Source: Chloroflexota bacterium (lineage in GTDB: Bacteria; Chloroflexota; UBA11872; VXOZ01). Taken from it: a DNA stretch of 64,000 bases. The notes below the pieces were generated by a model. The model made no database searches. It was not told the origin of the DNA and saw nothing but the letters and a program-made list of their open reading frames with translations. The stretch spans positions 576,001-640,000 of the forward strand of contig CAXXVD010000002.1 in the NCBI GenBank assembly GCA_963662335.2, read 5' to 3'. The position numbers and the translations under genes are program-made. Below are positions 17,582 to 28,129 of the stretch, in pieces; the stretch's first letter is position 1; each line of letters begins with the position of its first letter.

Positions 17582-20500
17582 ATGGATAACCTGAAGGAAG
17601 AAATGACGCGGCTTCAGGCGGCAATGAGAAAGTCCGAGGCGTTGCGCGGTCTGCGCAGGTGGACCGCGTGGATAAACATCGCGCTTGCCGTCATGCTGGT
17701 GACGATTTCCATCCCGACCGCGGCGTCGGCTGCCGTCTACGCGCAGGCAGCCCAGCCCAAGGACGCGGAAGAAGAGGAAGGCGAGGAGAAGAAGGGCACC
17801 TTCATTACGCACGCCACGGGCGTGATCGAGGTGAAGCTCGAGCCCAATTACGCCGAAACGCTGCAAGAGTACGCCAAGCAGGGCTACGAGTGGGTTGGGG
17901 AAGCGGACATTCCCATTGACCTCATGAACTACACCCGGTTCCGCGGTCATGAGCCGGAGATTCTGAGCGAACTCGACGGACGCACCGGCGAAATCATCGA
18001 CTGGCAAGAGGAGACCGAGTGGCTGGAGTGGCGCGTATACGTGCCCAAGACCGGCCTCTACAACATTGAAATGGAATACTACCCGTTGCCTGGCAAGCGC
18101 GCCTCCATCCAGCGGCGCATCCAGATCGACGGTGAGTATCCGTTCCAGGAGGCGCGGCGGCTAGTCTTCGTGCGCTTCTGGAATGACAAGGGCCTGCCGA
18201 CCACCGATAACCAGGGCAACGACCGGCGCCCCGGCCAGCGTGAAGAACCGCGTTGGGAGACGGTGCGCATCATCGACGGCGACGGCATGTATCCCTGGCC
18301 GTTCGACTTCTACCTGACTGAAGGCGAGCACGTGATTCGCATGATCACTGTGCGCGAGCCGATGGCGATCCGCAGCCTGCGCCTGGTGACGCCGACGCGG
18401 CCGCCAACCTACGCGGAGGTGCTGGCTAGCTACCAGGAGAAGGGCTACAAGAACGCGGGCGAGACCTTGATTCGCCACCAGGCCGAGTTGCCGGTGGAGC
18501 GGACTGAGGCCACTATTCGCATGGAGTACACCTCCGGCCCGCTGGTTGACCCCTACTCCGCCGGTTACGTGCGCTTGAACGCCTACGGCTCCTATCGCTG
18601 GCGCCGCGCGCTGCAAGCGGCCACGTGGGAGTTCGAGGTGCCGGAAGACGGTCTCTACAAGATTGCCTGGCGGCGTTGGCAGGCGTACGCCAGCTTCCTG
18701 CCGTCCGCCCGGCGCATTCTCATCGACGGCAAAGTGCCGTTCCAAGAGCTCAACAGCTTCCTCTTTACGCCGGACAACGACCGCGATTGGCGCATTGTGC
18801 CCTTTGGCGATGAGTCCGGTTTCGGTGAGCCCTATCTCTTCTACCTTGAAAAGGGGAAGCACACGCTAACGATGGAGGTCACCGTTGGGCCTTCCGCTGA
18901 AACGATTCGCGCCATCAATAAGGTAGTTACCGACCTTTCGATTATGGTGCGCGAAATCACGATGATTACGGGTGTGAACCCCGACCCGTACATGGAGTTT
19001 GACCTCACGTCGCGTATTCCGACGCTGGTGCCGCGCCTGGTCAGGAACTACGAACTGCTGGAAGAGCAAGTAGGCCACATGACCATGGTGAATAACGGCG
19101 TCAAGCCGAACGTGGCCAACGTGTTGGGCGAGGTGGCGTTCCAGTTGCGCGACATGGCGAGCGATCCGGAAAGCATGTCCCGCCGCCTGAGCGACCTGAG
19201 CGCCAGCCAAGGCCGTCTCTCCCAGTGGCTGCTCTATTTGCGCGAGCATCCGCTCTGGCTCGACTACCTCTTGATTACCAACCCCGAGTTCGAGTTGCCG
19301 GTGGGCAAGGCCAGCATCTTCCAGAAGGCCTGGGCCGGCTTCATGAACTTCCTGAGTTCCTTTGTGCGCAACTACTACGGCGTCGGCTCCATCTACGGCG
19401 ATGACGACAATACCATCACCGTTTGGGTGGCCCGTGGCCGCGAGTGGGGCATGATCATGAAGGACATGACGGAGGATGACTTCACCCCGGCGAGCGGAAT
19501 CGCCGTAAACCTACAGGTGTTCCCACCGGCGCAGCTTAGCGCGGGTTCGGTGAACGTGTTGCTCCTGTCAGTGGCGAGCGGCGTGACCCCGGACGTCGCG
19601 ACCGGTGTGTTGCCCGACGTGCCGGTGGAGTTTGCTATTCGTAACGGCGTAGCCAATATGAATAAGTTCGTGGATTATCAGGAGGTGACGACGCGATTCC
19701 GGCCAGGGGCGCTGCTGCCCTTCCGTTGGGAGGGCGGAGACTACGCGATACCGGAAACGCAGGACTTCTTGATGATGTTCTACCGCACAGACATCTTCAC
19801 TGAATTGGGCCTGACTCCGCCTGATACCTGGCAAGACTTGTACAACATGATCTGGCTGCTGCAGCAGCGCGGCATGGACTTCTTCTTCCCGCCGGTGGGC
19901 GTGTCCGCGGGTGGCGGCATATACGGCCTGGCTGAGTCCCTTGTGCCGGGGTTCCTGCCGTTCCTCTACCAGAACGGCGGCGACTTCTATACGGAGAAGG
20001 GCTTGAGCGCCCTCGACTCGCCGGAGGCCTTGGCGGGATTCCGTGAGTGGACCGAACTCTACACGAATTACAAGATCACGCAGCAGGCGGACTTCTACAA
20101 CCGCATGAGAACCGGCGAGATGCCCATCGGCGTTTCCGGCTTCTTTACCTACATTCTGCTTTCCGTCGCCGCGCCGGAGCTTGAGGGCCGCTGGGAAATG
20201 CTGCCGCTGCCCGGCAAGCGCCGCCCGGACGGACAGGTAGACCGTACCTCAGGCGGCTATGGTCAAGCCGTTGTGATCATGGATAATTCAGATAAGCAGG
20301 ACAAGGCCTGGGAATGGGCGAAGTGGTGGACGTCTACGCGGGCCCAGGCGCGCTTCGGTGAAGAGCTCGAGGCCTTGATCGGCACGGAGGCGCGCTGGAA
20401 CACGGCTAACGTCAAAGCCCTAAACCAGCTCCCGTTCCCGCAGAAGGATATCGAAGCTATCCAGGAGCAGTGGCGCTGGTTCAAGGAGCAGCCGGTAACC

Positions 20501-20683
20501 CTGGGCGGCTACTTCACGCCGCGCCACATCATCAATGCCTGGAACCGTGTGGTGCTGCAAGGGTGGAACGCGCGTGAAGCCCTGGAAGAAGCGGTCAAGC
20601 AGATTGACCGCGAACTCATTCGCAAACGCGAGGAGTTCGGCCTAGAGGTCGATCTCACGAAGACGAAAGGAGGTCTTGAATAA
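17582..20683 (+). CDS. Very large extracellular solute-binding protein (N-terminal CBM-like and helical regions, C-terminal sugar SBP family 1 domain)
   Basis: Signal peptide ending ASA; beta-sandwich-like repeats (W...VP..GLY.I; YL..G.H.I/L.M); C-terminal MFYRTDIF.ELGL.PPDTWQDL, W...P.PG and AWEW.KWW motifs. True start may be ATG 17624. Confidence 0.88.
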   Translation: MDNLKEEMTRLQAAMRKSEALRGLRRWTAWINIALAVMLVTISIPTAASAAVYAQAAQPKDAEEEEGEEKKGTFITHATGVIEVKLEPNYAETLQEYAKQGYEWVGEADIPIDLMNYTRFRGHEPEILSELDGRTGEIIDWQEETEWLEWRVYVPKTGLYNIEMEYYPLPGKRASIQRRIQIDGEYPFQEARRLVFVRFWNDKGLPTTDNQGNDRRPGQREEPRWETVRIIDGDGMYPWPFDFYLTEGEHVIRMITVREPMAIRSLRLVTPTRPPTYAEVLASYQEKGYKNAGETLIRHQAELPVERTEATIRMEYTSGPLVDPYSAGYVRLNAYGSYRWRRALQAATWEFEVPEDGLYKIAWRRWQAYASFLPSARRILIDGKVPFQELNSFLFTPDNDRDWRIVPFGDESGFGEPYLFYLEKGKHTLTMEVTVGPSAETIRAINKVVTDLSIMVREITMITGVNPDPYMEFDLTSRIPTLVPRLVRNYELLEEQVGHMTMVNNGVKPNVANVLGEVAFQLRDMASDPESMSRRLSDLSASQGRLSQWLLYLREHPLWLDYLLITNPEFELPVGKASIFQKAWAGFMNFLSSFVRNYYGVGSIYGDDDNTITVWVARGREWGMIMKDMTEDDFTPASGIAVNLQVFPPAQLSAGSVNVLLLSVASGVTPDVATGVLPDVPVEFAIRNGVANMNKFVDYQEVTTRFRPGALLPFRWEGGDYAIPETQDFLMMFYRTDIFTELGLTPPDTWQDLYNMIWLLQQRGMDFFFPPVGVSAGGGIYGLAESLVPGFLPFLYQNGGDFYTEKGLSALDSPEALAGFREWTELYTNYKITQQADFYNRMRTGEMPIGVSGFFTYILLSVAAPELEGRWEMLPLPGKRRPDGQVDRTSGGYGQAVVIMDNSDKQDKAWEWAKWWTSTRAQARFGEELEALIGTEARWNTANVKALNQLPFPQKDIEAIQEQWRWFKEQPVTLGGYFTPRHIINAWNRVVLQGWNAREALEEAVKQIDRELIRKREEFGLEVDLTKTKGGLE

Positions 20684-21654
20684 TGGCCGAGGTAAAGAGC
20701 GGCGACCCGGGCGTGGAGGCGGAGGCGACAACCCAACAACGGGCAGTCGCGGCCCCCAAGACCGGCCTGCAACGGCTGGTGGCGCAGTACGGCGTCTCGT
20801 ATGCCTTCCTGCTGCCCTACATGATCTTCTTCTTCGCCTTCCTGATCATCCCGGTGGGCGTGGCGATCTGGCTGAGTTTCACGTATTTCAACATGCTGGA
20901 ACCGCCGCGCGTGATTGGCTGGTCCAACTACCGGCTGCTGTTCCTGGAGGACGACATCTTCGTCCTCTCCATCCGGAACACGCTTTTCTTCGCCTTCATT
21001 ACGGGGCCGGTCAGTTTGACGGCGTCATTCCTGCTGGCCTGGTTCATCAACCAGATTCGCGTGCGCACCATCTACGCGCTGGCCTTCTACGCGCCCTCGC
21101 TGACGAGCGCGATTGCGATGGCGGTGGTGTGGCGCATCGTCTTCTCCGGCGATCGCTACGGCTACATGAACTACTTCCTGATGCGCATGGGCTTCATTCA
21201 GGAACCGTTCCTGTGGCTCATCGACCAGCGCACCATGTTGCCGGTCATCATGTTCGTGATGCTGTGGATGAGCATGGGCAACAACTTCCTCGTCTTCCTG
21301 GCCGGTTTGCAGACGGTGAATACGGAACTCTATGAAGCCGGCAAGGTGGACGGCATCGCCCATCCGCTGCAAGAGATGTGGTACATTACGTTGCCGTCCA
21401 TGAAACCGCAGGTGCTGTTCGGTGTGATCAACGCGGTGGTGCTGATGTTCTCGGCCGGTTTCGAGATTTCGCTCTCGTTGGCCGGTCTGCCCAGCCCGCT
21501 CTATGCCGCGCACATGATCCTCTCGCACCTGTACGATTACGCGTTCATCCGGTTCGAGATGGGGTACGCGGCAGCGATTGCGGTGATACTCTTCATCATT
21601 ACCTTCGGTGTCGGGCAAGGCGCGCTGCGTCTGCTTTCGACCAAGGACGAATAG
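20683..21654 (+). CDS. Carbohydrate ABC transporter permease (MalF/UgpA-type)
   Basis: TM helices; FLAGLQ..ELYEAGKVDG EAA loop; MGYAAA. Confidence 0.93.
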   Translation: MAEVKSGDPGVEAEATTQQRAVAAPKTGLQRLVAQYGVSYAFLLPYMIFFFAFLIIPVGVAIWLSFTYFNMLEPPRVIGWSNYRLLFLEDDIFVLSIRNTLFFAFITGPVSLTASFLLAWFINQIRVRTIYALAFYAPSLTSAIAMAVVWRIVFSGDRYGYMNYFLMRMGFIQEPFLWLIDQRTMLPVIMFVMLWMSMGNNFLVFLAGLQTVNTELYEAGKVDGIAHPLQEMWYITLPSMKPQVLFGVINAVVLMFSAGFEISLSLAGLPSPLYAAHMILSHLYDYAFIRFEMGYAAAIAVILFIITFGVGQGALRLLSTKDE

Positions 21655-21675
21655 CAGAGCAGAGGAGCCGTAGAG

Positions 21676-22536
21676 ATGATTATTCGCGTTGGCAGATTCA
21701 AGATGACGAGCGGCGAGTTTACCACCATCGCCGCCCTGACCATCCTGGCGGCGTTCATGTCGTTGCCGCTCATCTTCGTGGTATCGCACGCCTTGAAGCC
21801 GATTGATGAGCTTTTCCTCTTTCCGCCGCGCTTCATCGTGCGCAACCCCACGTTGCGCAACTTCCAGGACTTGCTCATCGCCACGTATTCCCTGAACGTG
21901 CCGTTCATCCGGTACATCTTCAATAGTGTATTCGTCGCGTTCTGCACGGTGGTTGGGGGTGTGTTGTTGGCGAGCCTGGCGGCCTATCCGCTGGCGAAGC
22001 ATAACTTCCCGGGGCGCAATACGATGTTCATCGTCGTCATCGCGGCGCTCATGTTCACGCCGCAAGTGACGGCGATTCCGCGGTATCTCGTGGTCTACCA
22101 GCTTGGCATCATCGACACCTACTTTGCGTTGGTGCTGCCCAACCTGGCCATTCCCTACGCGCTCTTCTTGATGAAGCAGTTCATGGAGCAGATACCGGCG
22201 GCATTGATTGAATCGGCGAAGATCGACGGCGCTACGGAGTGGACCGTCTTTTGGCGAGTCGTCATGCCGTTGGTAACGCCGGCCTGGGCCACACTCGTGA
22301 TCATCATCTTCGTCGGCACGTGGAACGACATCTGGGCGCCGCTGGTGTTTACGCGCACCGAGTCGATGCGCACGTTGCCGATTGCGCTGCAAACCCTGAT
22401 TAGCCAGGGGTCCGTGGCGCGGCAAGGCGCGTACGCGGCCGCGACGTTCATCATGATTACGCCGCCGGTGGTGCTGTTCACCTTGGTGCAGCGGCGCGTG
22501 ATTGCCACCATGGCGCATTCGGGCATCAAAGCGTAG
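21676..22536 (+). CDS. Carbohydrate ABC transporter permease (MalG/UgpE-type)
   Basis: AAYPLAK..FPGR, LIESAKIDGA, WND..PL. Confidence 0.93.
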   Translation: MIIRVGRFKMTSGEFTTIAALTILAAFMSLPLIFVVSHALKPIDELFLFPPRFIVRNPTLRNFQDLLIATYSLNVPFIRYIFNSVFVAFCTVVGGVLLASLAAYPLAKHNFPGRNTMFIVVIAALMFTPQVTAIPRYLVVYQLGIIDTYFALVLPNLAIPYALFLMKQFMEQIPAALIESAKIDGATEWTVFWRVVMPLVTPAWATLVIIIFVGTWNDIWAPLVFTRTESMRTLPIALQTLISQGSVARQGAYAAATFIMITPPVVLFTLVQRRVIATMAHSGIKA

Positions 22537-22595
22537 GACGAGACGCGGGGACTGACGGTAGCAATAAGGGCAGTAACGGGTAAGGAAGCGACAAC

Positions 22596-24704
22596 ATGCG
22601 TGGACTGAGAAAATCTCATTTGGGGCTACTGCTGGCGGTACTGGCGGCGATTTGGCTCACGTTGACGTCTGCCGGCACGATTTCCGCGCTGGAGCTTGAC
22701 CCCAAGCTGTCGTACACCATCGACCCCCGCAATCAGCGGGTGCCGTCGCCGCTGCCGTACATCTTCGAGAAGGAGATCAACGGCATCCACCTGCCCACGG
22801 GCGCGTTCAAGGAGCCTTCCGACTTGTTCCTCGACTACGAGGAACGCTTGTGGCTCGCCGACACCGGCAACGACCGGGTGCTGCGCTTTACGAAGACCGG
22901 CGAGTACCTGATGGAAATCAGCAACTTGAGCAAGCCGGAAGGCGTGTACGTTGACCCGGACGGCAACATCTTCATCGCGGATACGGGCAATAACCGCATT
23001 CTGCGGCTCGACCCGGAAGGCAACTTCGTCGATGAGTTCTTCAAGCCGGAAACGACCCTCATCCCGATAGACCACACCTTCGCGCCCAGCAAGCTGGTGG
23101 TAGACCGCAGCGGACGCATCTACACCCTGGAGGCGGGGAGCAACCTGGGCATCATCGTGCTCGACGGCGAGGGCAATTTCCGCGGTTTCTTTGGCGCGAC
23201 GCGCCTTGACTTCAGCCTGCGCCGCCTGATTGTCAGTATGTTCGCGACGCAAGAGCAGCGGCGCAAGATCTTCTTGCCGCAGCCTACGCCGCACTCCAAC
23301 CTCTTCCTCTCCGACGACGGCTTCCTCTACACGGTCGTGGCGACGGCGGTGAAGGACCAGCTTCAAAAGCTGAGCCCGGTGGGCGTGAACGTCTACCCGC
23401 ACTCCACGTCGGTGGCAATCTACATGCGCTTCTTCAAGGAAGATTCGCTGAAGTTCTACGGCGAACGAGAGGGAGCGGGCCGGCGCACCCAATTCCCGCG
23501 CTTCTCGGACGTCAACGTGAATGACGCGGGCATCATTACGGTCGTCGACGCCAATTCGGCAAAGGTGTATCAGTACGACCAAGACGGCGAGCCGTTACTG
23601 GCGTTCGGCGGACGCGGCGTACAGCAGGGCCAGCTTGGCTACCCGACCAGCGTGGTAACGGATGACGAGGGTTCCCTCTACATCCTGGATGCGATTCGCA
23701 ACAACATCCAAGTGTATCGTCCCACGCTCTTTGCGCGGTTGGTGCACTCCGCGAGCAAGTTCTACTGGGACGGGCGCTACGATGAGGCCGCCAACCTCTG
23801 GCAGCAAGTCCTCAAGCTGGACGCCAACATGTACCTGGCCCACAGCGCGCTCGGCAAGGCGCTCTACCGCCAGGAGCGCTACGACGACGCGATGGTGGAG
23901 TATTTCCGGGGCTACGACAAGACTGAGTACGCGAAAGCATACTCCGAGGCGCGTTACCTGTGGATGCGCGCCAACTTTGGCTTGTTCATGCTCTACCTGT
24001 TCTTGGGTATCGGCGCAATCATCGTTATCCCGCGCGGCACGCGCCGCGTGTTCGAGCTTGGCTTCCGGCGCGGGATTCTGAAACGAGAGAGCACCTGGTA
24101 CAAGATCTACCGCCAGGGCGCGGGGGTCCTGCGGGACCCGATGGAGACCTTCTGGGCATTGCGCGAAGATTCAACATGGTGGACGGTATGGACCATGCTC
24201 GCGCTGGCCATCCTCGTGCGCATGTTGACGCTCAATACGGTCAGCTTCCACTTCTCCTCGATCGACCCTGAGGACATCAACTTCGTGCTGGAAGTGTCGC
24301 GTATCGCGGTGCCGTACCTGGTCTGGGTGATTGCGAACTACGGCGTGAGCGCGATCTTCTACGGCGAAGGTTCGCCCAAGGTTGTCGCCGCCACCACGGC
24401 CTACTGCCTGCTGCCCTACATCCTCATCGCGCTGCCGTTGGCGCTGGTTTCGAACGTGCTGACCACCGATGAGAGCGCGCTGTACGGTTTCGCGCAGACG
24501 GCCATGTACTGGTGGATGGGCGTGCTCATCTATTTGCAAGTGAAGGTGGTGCACGACTTCGAGTTCAAGCGCGCCGCGGGCGTGAGTTTCTTGAACGTGT
24601 TGGGCATGGTTGCAATCTTCGGCATCTCCGCCCTTAGCTACTTCATGTCGTCGCGGGTGATCCGCTTCCTCTGGGAGGTTATCTATGAAGTTGTCACTCG
24701 CTAG
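22596..24704 (+). CDS. NHL-repeat beta-propeller + TPR + Yip1 membrane domain fusion protein
   Basis: Signal peptide; ADTGNDRV / ADTGNNRI NHL repeats; TPR-like Y.EA..LW..VL.LDAN..LAH..LGKALY; five C-terminal TMs after 'DPMETF'. Confidence 0.85.
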   Translation: MRGLRKSHLGLLLAVLAAIWLTLTSAGTISALELDPKLSYTIDPRNQRVPSPLPYIFEKEINGIHLPTGAFKEPSDLFLDYEERLWLADTGNDRVLRFTKTGEYLMEISNLSKPEGVYVDPDGNIFIADTGNNRILRLDPEGNFVDEFFKPETTLIPIDHTFAPSKLVVDRSGRIYTLEAGSNLGIIVLDGEGNFRGFFGATRLDFSLRRLIVSMFATQEQRRKIFLPQPTPHSNLFLSDDGFLYTVVATAVKDQLQKLSPVGVNVYPHSTSVAIYMRFFKEDSLKFYGEREGAGRRTQFPRFSDVNVNDAGIITVVDANSAKVYQYDQDGEPLLAFGGRGVQQGQLGYPTSVVTDDEGSLYILDAIRNNIQVYRPTLFARLVHSASKFYWDGRYDEAANLWQQVLKLDANMYLAHSALGKALYRQERYDDAMVEYFRGYDKTEYAKAYSEARYLWMRANFGLFMLYLFLGIGAIIVIPRGTRRVFELGFRRGILKRESTWYKIYRQGAGVLRDPMETFWALREDSTWWTVWTMLALAILVRMLTLNTVSFHFSSIDPEDINFVLEVSRIAVPYLVWVIANYGVSAIFYGEGSPKVVAATTAYCLLPYILIALPLALVSNVLTTDESALYGFAQTAMYWWMGVLIYLQVKVVHDFEFKRAAGVSFLNVLGMVAIFGISALSYFMSSRVIRFLWEVIYEVVTR

Positions 24705-27135
24705 AGGGTGGCGTTTCGCGCAGTATCTCGTACCCCTGCTGCTCTGCTTTGCCATATTGCCCATCACGCCGCTTGCGGCCGCTACGACCGCGGATCCGGC
24801 GAAGGAACTGGGGCCCCAGTTCGAGTTGGTGACGGAAGTAGAGCACCTGTCGCTCTTTCTGAATAAAGAGAACTCGCAACTGGCGGTCTTCGACGACCGG
24901 GAGAATGGGCGGCTGTGGCGCAGTTCGCCGATTCTCGAGAACCCGGAAGCGGTTTCCGATTCCATCAAAGCCCGGCTCAATTCGGTTGTCATCGTCGAAT
25001 ACACCGACAAGGTGCGCACCCAGACGCGCGTGGCCGACATCATCTCCGACATGCCGCGCATGACGTACGAGCCGATTGAGAACGGCATCCGGGTGGATTA
25101 CCTCTTCGAGGAACTGAGTATCGGCTTTACGATCGACTACCGGCTGCAGGACGACCGCCTGATCGTCTTCGTTGACGAGGATACCATTCGGGAGACGGAA
25201 GAGCGCCTGCTGGTAACGTTGGACGTGCTGCCGTTCCTGGGGGCCGCGACGAATGAAGAGAAGGGCTACCTCTTCGTGCCAGACGGCCCCGGCGCTATCG
25301 TGCACTTCCGGCCGGAGCAGCCGGAGTACCGGCACAACTTCCTGGCTGAAGTCTACGGGCCGGCGCTATTCTCCTTTGAGCCGGAGCAGCAGCAGGGACC
25401 GATTCCGGTGCCGGTCTTCGGTCTGGTGCGGGGCAGTTCGGCGTTTACGGGAATTGTGACCCAGGGCGATATGGACGTGAACATCAGCGCGGCGTTGAGC
25501 TACACCGCGCTGGGCTACAATCGCATTTCCGGCCAGTTCATCTTCCGGCGCAAGGCGCCGTTCCCGTTGCGGCGGGCGTCGTTTGTGACGCGCTTCGAGC
25601 AGGAGCGCGTGGAGGGCGATCGTGAGTTAAAGTACGCCTTCTTGCGCGGCTACGACGCAACGTACGTGGGCATGGCCAAGGTCTACCGCGAATACCTGAT
25701 GGCCGACCGGGGCATGCAGAAGCTCGCCGAAGCCAACCCGTTCTTGCATCTCCGCATCTTCATGGCCATGCAGCGCCAAGCGTTCCCGCGCGACCAGTTC
25801 ATCACCATGACCACGTTCGACGAGGCGTTGGGGATGCTCAAGACGCTCAAGGAAGAGCGCGGCCTGGAGAATCTCCGGGTGACGCTGGTGGGCTGGAGCA
25901 CCGACGGGTACGATTGGTCGCTCCCCAAGCGCTTGCCCCCCGAGGGGCGCCTTGGCGGTGAGGAAGGACTGCGCGCCGTCGCGAACTACGCGAACGCGAA
26001 TAGCATCCCTCTCTATCTGGAGGACAACTACCTCTTCGGATTCAGGAATCTCGACTCCTTCCTTCTGTTCAATCCGCTCACGGACGTAATTCGCGGCGCG
26101 AACCGCTTGCCGATTACGACGAACTACGTCGGCTTCAAGCGGAAAGAGGATGAGCCGCATACCGAGGTGCAACTGCTGCGTCCCGAGATCGCCCGCGACC
26201 GCTACGCGGTCGATGACATTGCGAAGATGCGAGACTACGGTGTTTCCGGTGTTGAGTTCCGCTTCTTTGGCAAGGTGGCGCTCAACCACTACCCAATCCT
26301 CTTTTCCGGTCGCTCGTCGTTCCTTGTGGGCTTGCGGCTGGTTGCGCTGGCGGCGTTTGCCTTGATAGGGCTCTACATCGTCTTGATTGGGACCCGGCGC
26401 CCCGGCGACGCGATACTCGGCCAGCTTGTCGGCGGCGCGTTGTGGCGGCCGATTGCTACGGTGGCGCTGCTGGTGGTGCTGGGGGCAGGCGCATTCTTGG
26501 AAATCCGGAATGCGCAGCAGCCGGTCGACACGACACAGGGCGGCACGAAGTTGAGCCGGGAGGACTTCGTAAACGTCTGGAAGGATATTCTCGAAATCAG
26601 CAAGGAAGAGACCGGCACGGCCGTCGTGCAGGGCGCCAACGCCTACATGCTTGATTCGACTGACTTCTTCACGCGCGTCCCGTTAGACCGCTATAACTAC
26701 GTGTTTAGCGAGGAGACCGTGCCCTTCTTCCCGTTGGCGGTGCACGGGCTGGTGCGGTACACGGGTGATGAGAGCAATCTGCGCAGCGACCGCGATGAGT
26801 TCTTGCGCGCAATTGAGTACGGCGCGCTGCCGACGTTCGAGCTTACGTCGAACCCCAGCGTTTTGCTCACCCGCACCCAGTACAACCGCCTCTACTCCTC
26901 GCGTTTTGCCGATTGGGAGCCGCAAATCGTCGATGAGTACGAACTCTTCATTCGGCAGTTGGGCTATACGGTCAATCTGCTTATGGAAGACCATAGGCAG
27001 TTAGCCGAAAACGTCTATGAAACCGTCTACGAGGACGGCACGCGCGTAATCGTAAACTACCATACGAGCCGCTATTCCGATGGGGAATTTGCGGTTGAGG
27101 GCCAGAACTATCTGATTATTCCGCCGCGGAGGTAA
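24685..27135 (+). CDS. DUF5696-like secreted/membrane protein
   Basis: Signal peptide; LPFLGA, GYLFVPDGPGA, PVFG, Y.GMA..YREYL, TTF, GW, VPF...VHG...Y.G, Y.DGT.V.VNY; position between Yip1 gene and permeases. Family assigned from memory. Confidence 0.75.
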   Translation: MKLSLARGWRFAQYLVPLLLCFAILPITPLAAATTADPAKELGPQFELVTEVEHLSLFLNKENSQLAVFDDRENGRLWRSSPILENPEAVSDSIKARLNSVVIVEYTDKVRTQTRVADIISDMPRMTYEPIENGIRVDYLFEELSIGFTIDYRLQDDRLIVFVDEDTIRETEERLLVTLDVLPFLGAATNEEKGYLFVPDGPGAIVHFRPEQPEYRHNFLAEVYGPALFSFEPEQQQGPIPVPVFGLVRGSSAFTGIVTQGDMDVNISAALSYTALGYNRISGQFIFRRKAPFPLRRASFVTRFEQERVEGDRELKYAFLRGYDATYVGMAKVYREYLMADRGMQKLAEANPFLHLRIFMAMQRQAFPRDQFITMTTFDEALGMLKTLKEERGLENLRVTLVGWSTDGYDWSLPKRLPPEGRLGGEEGLRAVANYANANSIPLYLEDNYLFGFRNLDSFLLFNPLTDVIRGANRLPITTNYVGFKRKEDEPHTEVQLLRPEIARDRYAVDDIAKMRDYGVSGVEFRFFGKVALNHYPILFSGRSSFLVGLRLVALAAFALIGLYIVLIGTRRPGDAILGQLVGGALWRPIATVALLVVLGAGAFLEIRNAQQPVDTTQGGTKLSREDFVNVWKDILEISKEETGTAVVQGANAYMLDSTDFFTRVPLDRYNYVFSEETVPFFPLAVHGLVRYTGDESNLRSDRDEFLRAIEYGALPTFELTSNPSVLLTRTQYNRLYSSRFADWEPQIVDEYELFIRQLGYTVNLLMEDHRQLAENVYETVYEDGTRVIVNYHTSRYSDGEFAVEGQNYLIIPPRR

Positions 27136-27140
27136 CGGCC

Positions 27141-28115
27141 ATGCAATTCGAAGATAACTTTACGTGGGTAATCCTGCTCACGGGGTTGGCGTTCGTCGTG
27201 CCGGCGTGCATCCTGTCGATTCGCGTAATCCTGTCGGCCGTGGGCGTGCACCTGACCTACCGCTTCCAACGCGCGATGGACGGCTACTTCTACATCAGCA
27301 CGTGGATAGTGGGCTTCTTGATCTTCTTGGCGTGGCCACTCTTCCAATCGCTCTACGTCAGCTTCCACAACGTGAAGATCACCAGTTCCGAACTCAAGCT
27401 GACATTCATCGGGTGGGAAAACTACGCGGAACCCTTCTTGGAGGACATCCACTTCTTGCCGCTGTTCACCAAGACGGTGGCCAATTTGCTCACCGACCTG
27501 CCGATCATCCTGGTGTTCTCGCTGTTCGTATCGATTCTGGTGGTGCAGGACCTGCCGGGGCGCGGCGTGTTCCGCATGTTGCTCTTCATGCCGGTGGTGA
27601 TTGGCTCCGCGATTGTCATTCGCCGCCTTTTCGGCGAAGGGGTGAGCACCGAGGCGATTGGCGTCAGCGTCCAGACGCTGAGCGAGGTGGTCTTTACCTA
27701 CCTGCAGGGCACGATTGCCGACTGGGTGCTGGACTTGGTGAACCGGGTAACCCTGGTGCTCTGGCGCACCGGCGTGCAAATCCTCATCTTCGTGGCCGGA
27801 CTCCACAGCGTGCCCATCACGATGCGCGAGGCCGCCAAGACCGACGGCGCGTCCGGCTGGCAGATCTTCTGGCGGATTACGCTGCCTATGCTTTCGCCCG
27901 TGATTTTGGTCAACGTCGTGTACACCATCGTGGATTCCTTTACCGACAACTTCAACCAGGTGCTGACCTACATTCAGACCGTAGGCTTGACCCGGGACTT
28001 CCGTCTCGGCTACGCGGCGGCTTTGGGCTGGATGTACTTCGCCTCTATCTTCATCATCATGGGGATAGCCATCGTGATTTCAAGCCGCTTCGTGTTCTAC
28101 GCCGGTGAACGCTAG
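27141..28115 (+). CDS. Carbohydrate ABC transporter permease (second MalF-type)
   Basis: GLHSVP..MREAAKTDGA, LGYAAA; extra N-terminal TM. Confidence 0.92.
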   Translation: MQFEDNFTWVILLTGLAFVVPACILSIRVILSAVGVHLTYRFQRAMDGYFYISTWIVGFLIFLAWPLFQSLYVSFHNVKITSSELKLTFIGWENYAEPFLEDIHFLPLFTKTVANLLTDLPIILVFSLFVSILVVQDLPGRGVFRMLLFMPVVIGSAIVIRRLFGEGVSTEAIGVSVQTLSEVVFTYLQGTIADWVLDLVNRVTLVLWRTGVQILIFVAGLHSVPITMREAAKTDGASGWQIFWRITLPMLSPVILVNVVYTIVDSFTDNFNQVLTYIQTVGLTRDFRLGYAAALGWMYFASIFIIMGIAIVISSRFVFYAGER

Positions 28116-28129
28116 GGAGTACCTTGGGC

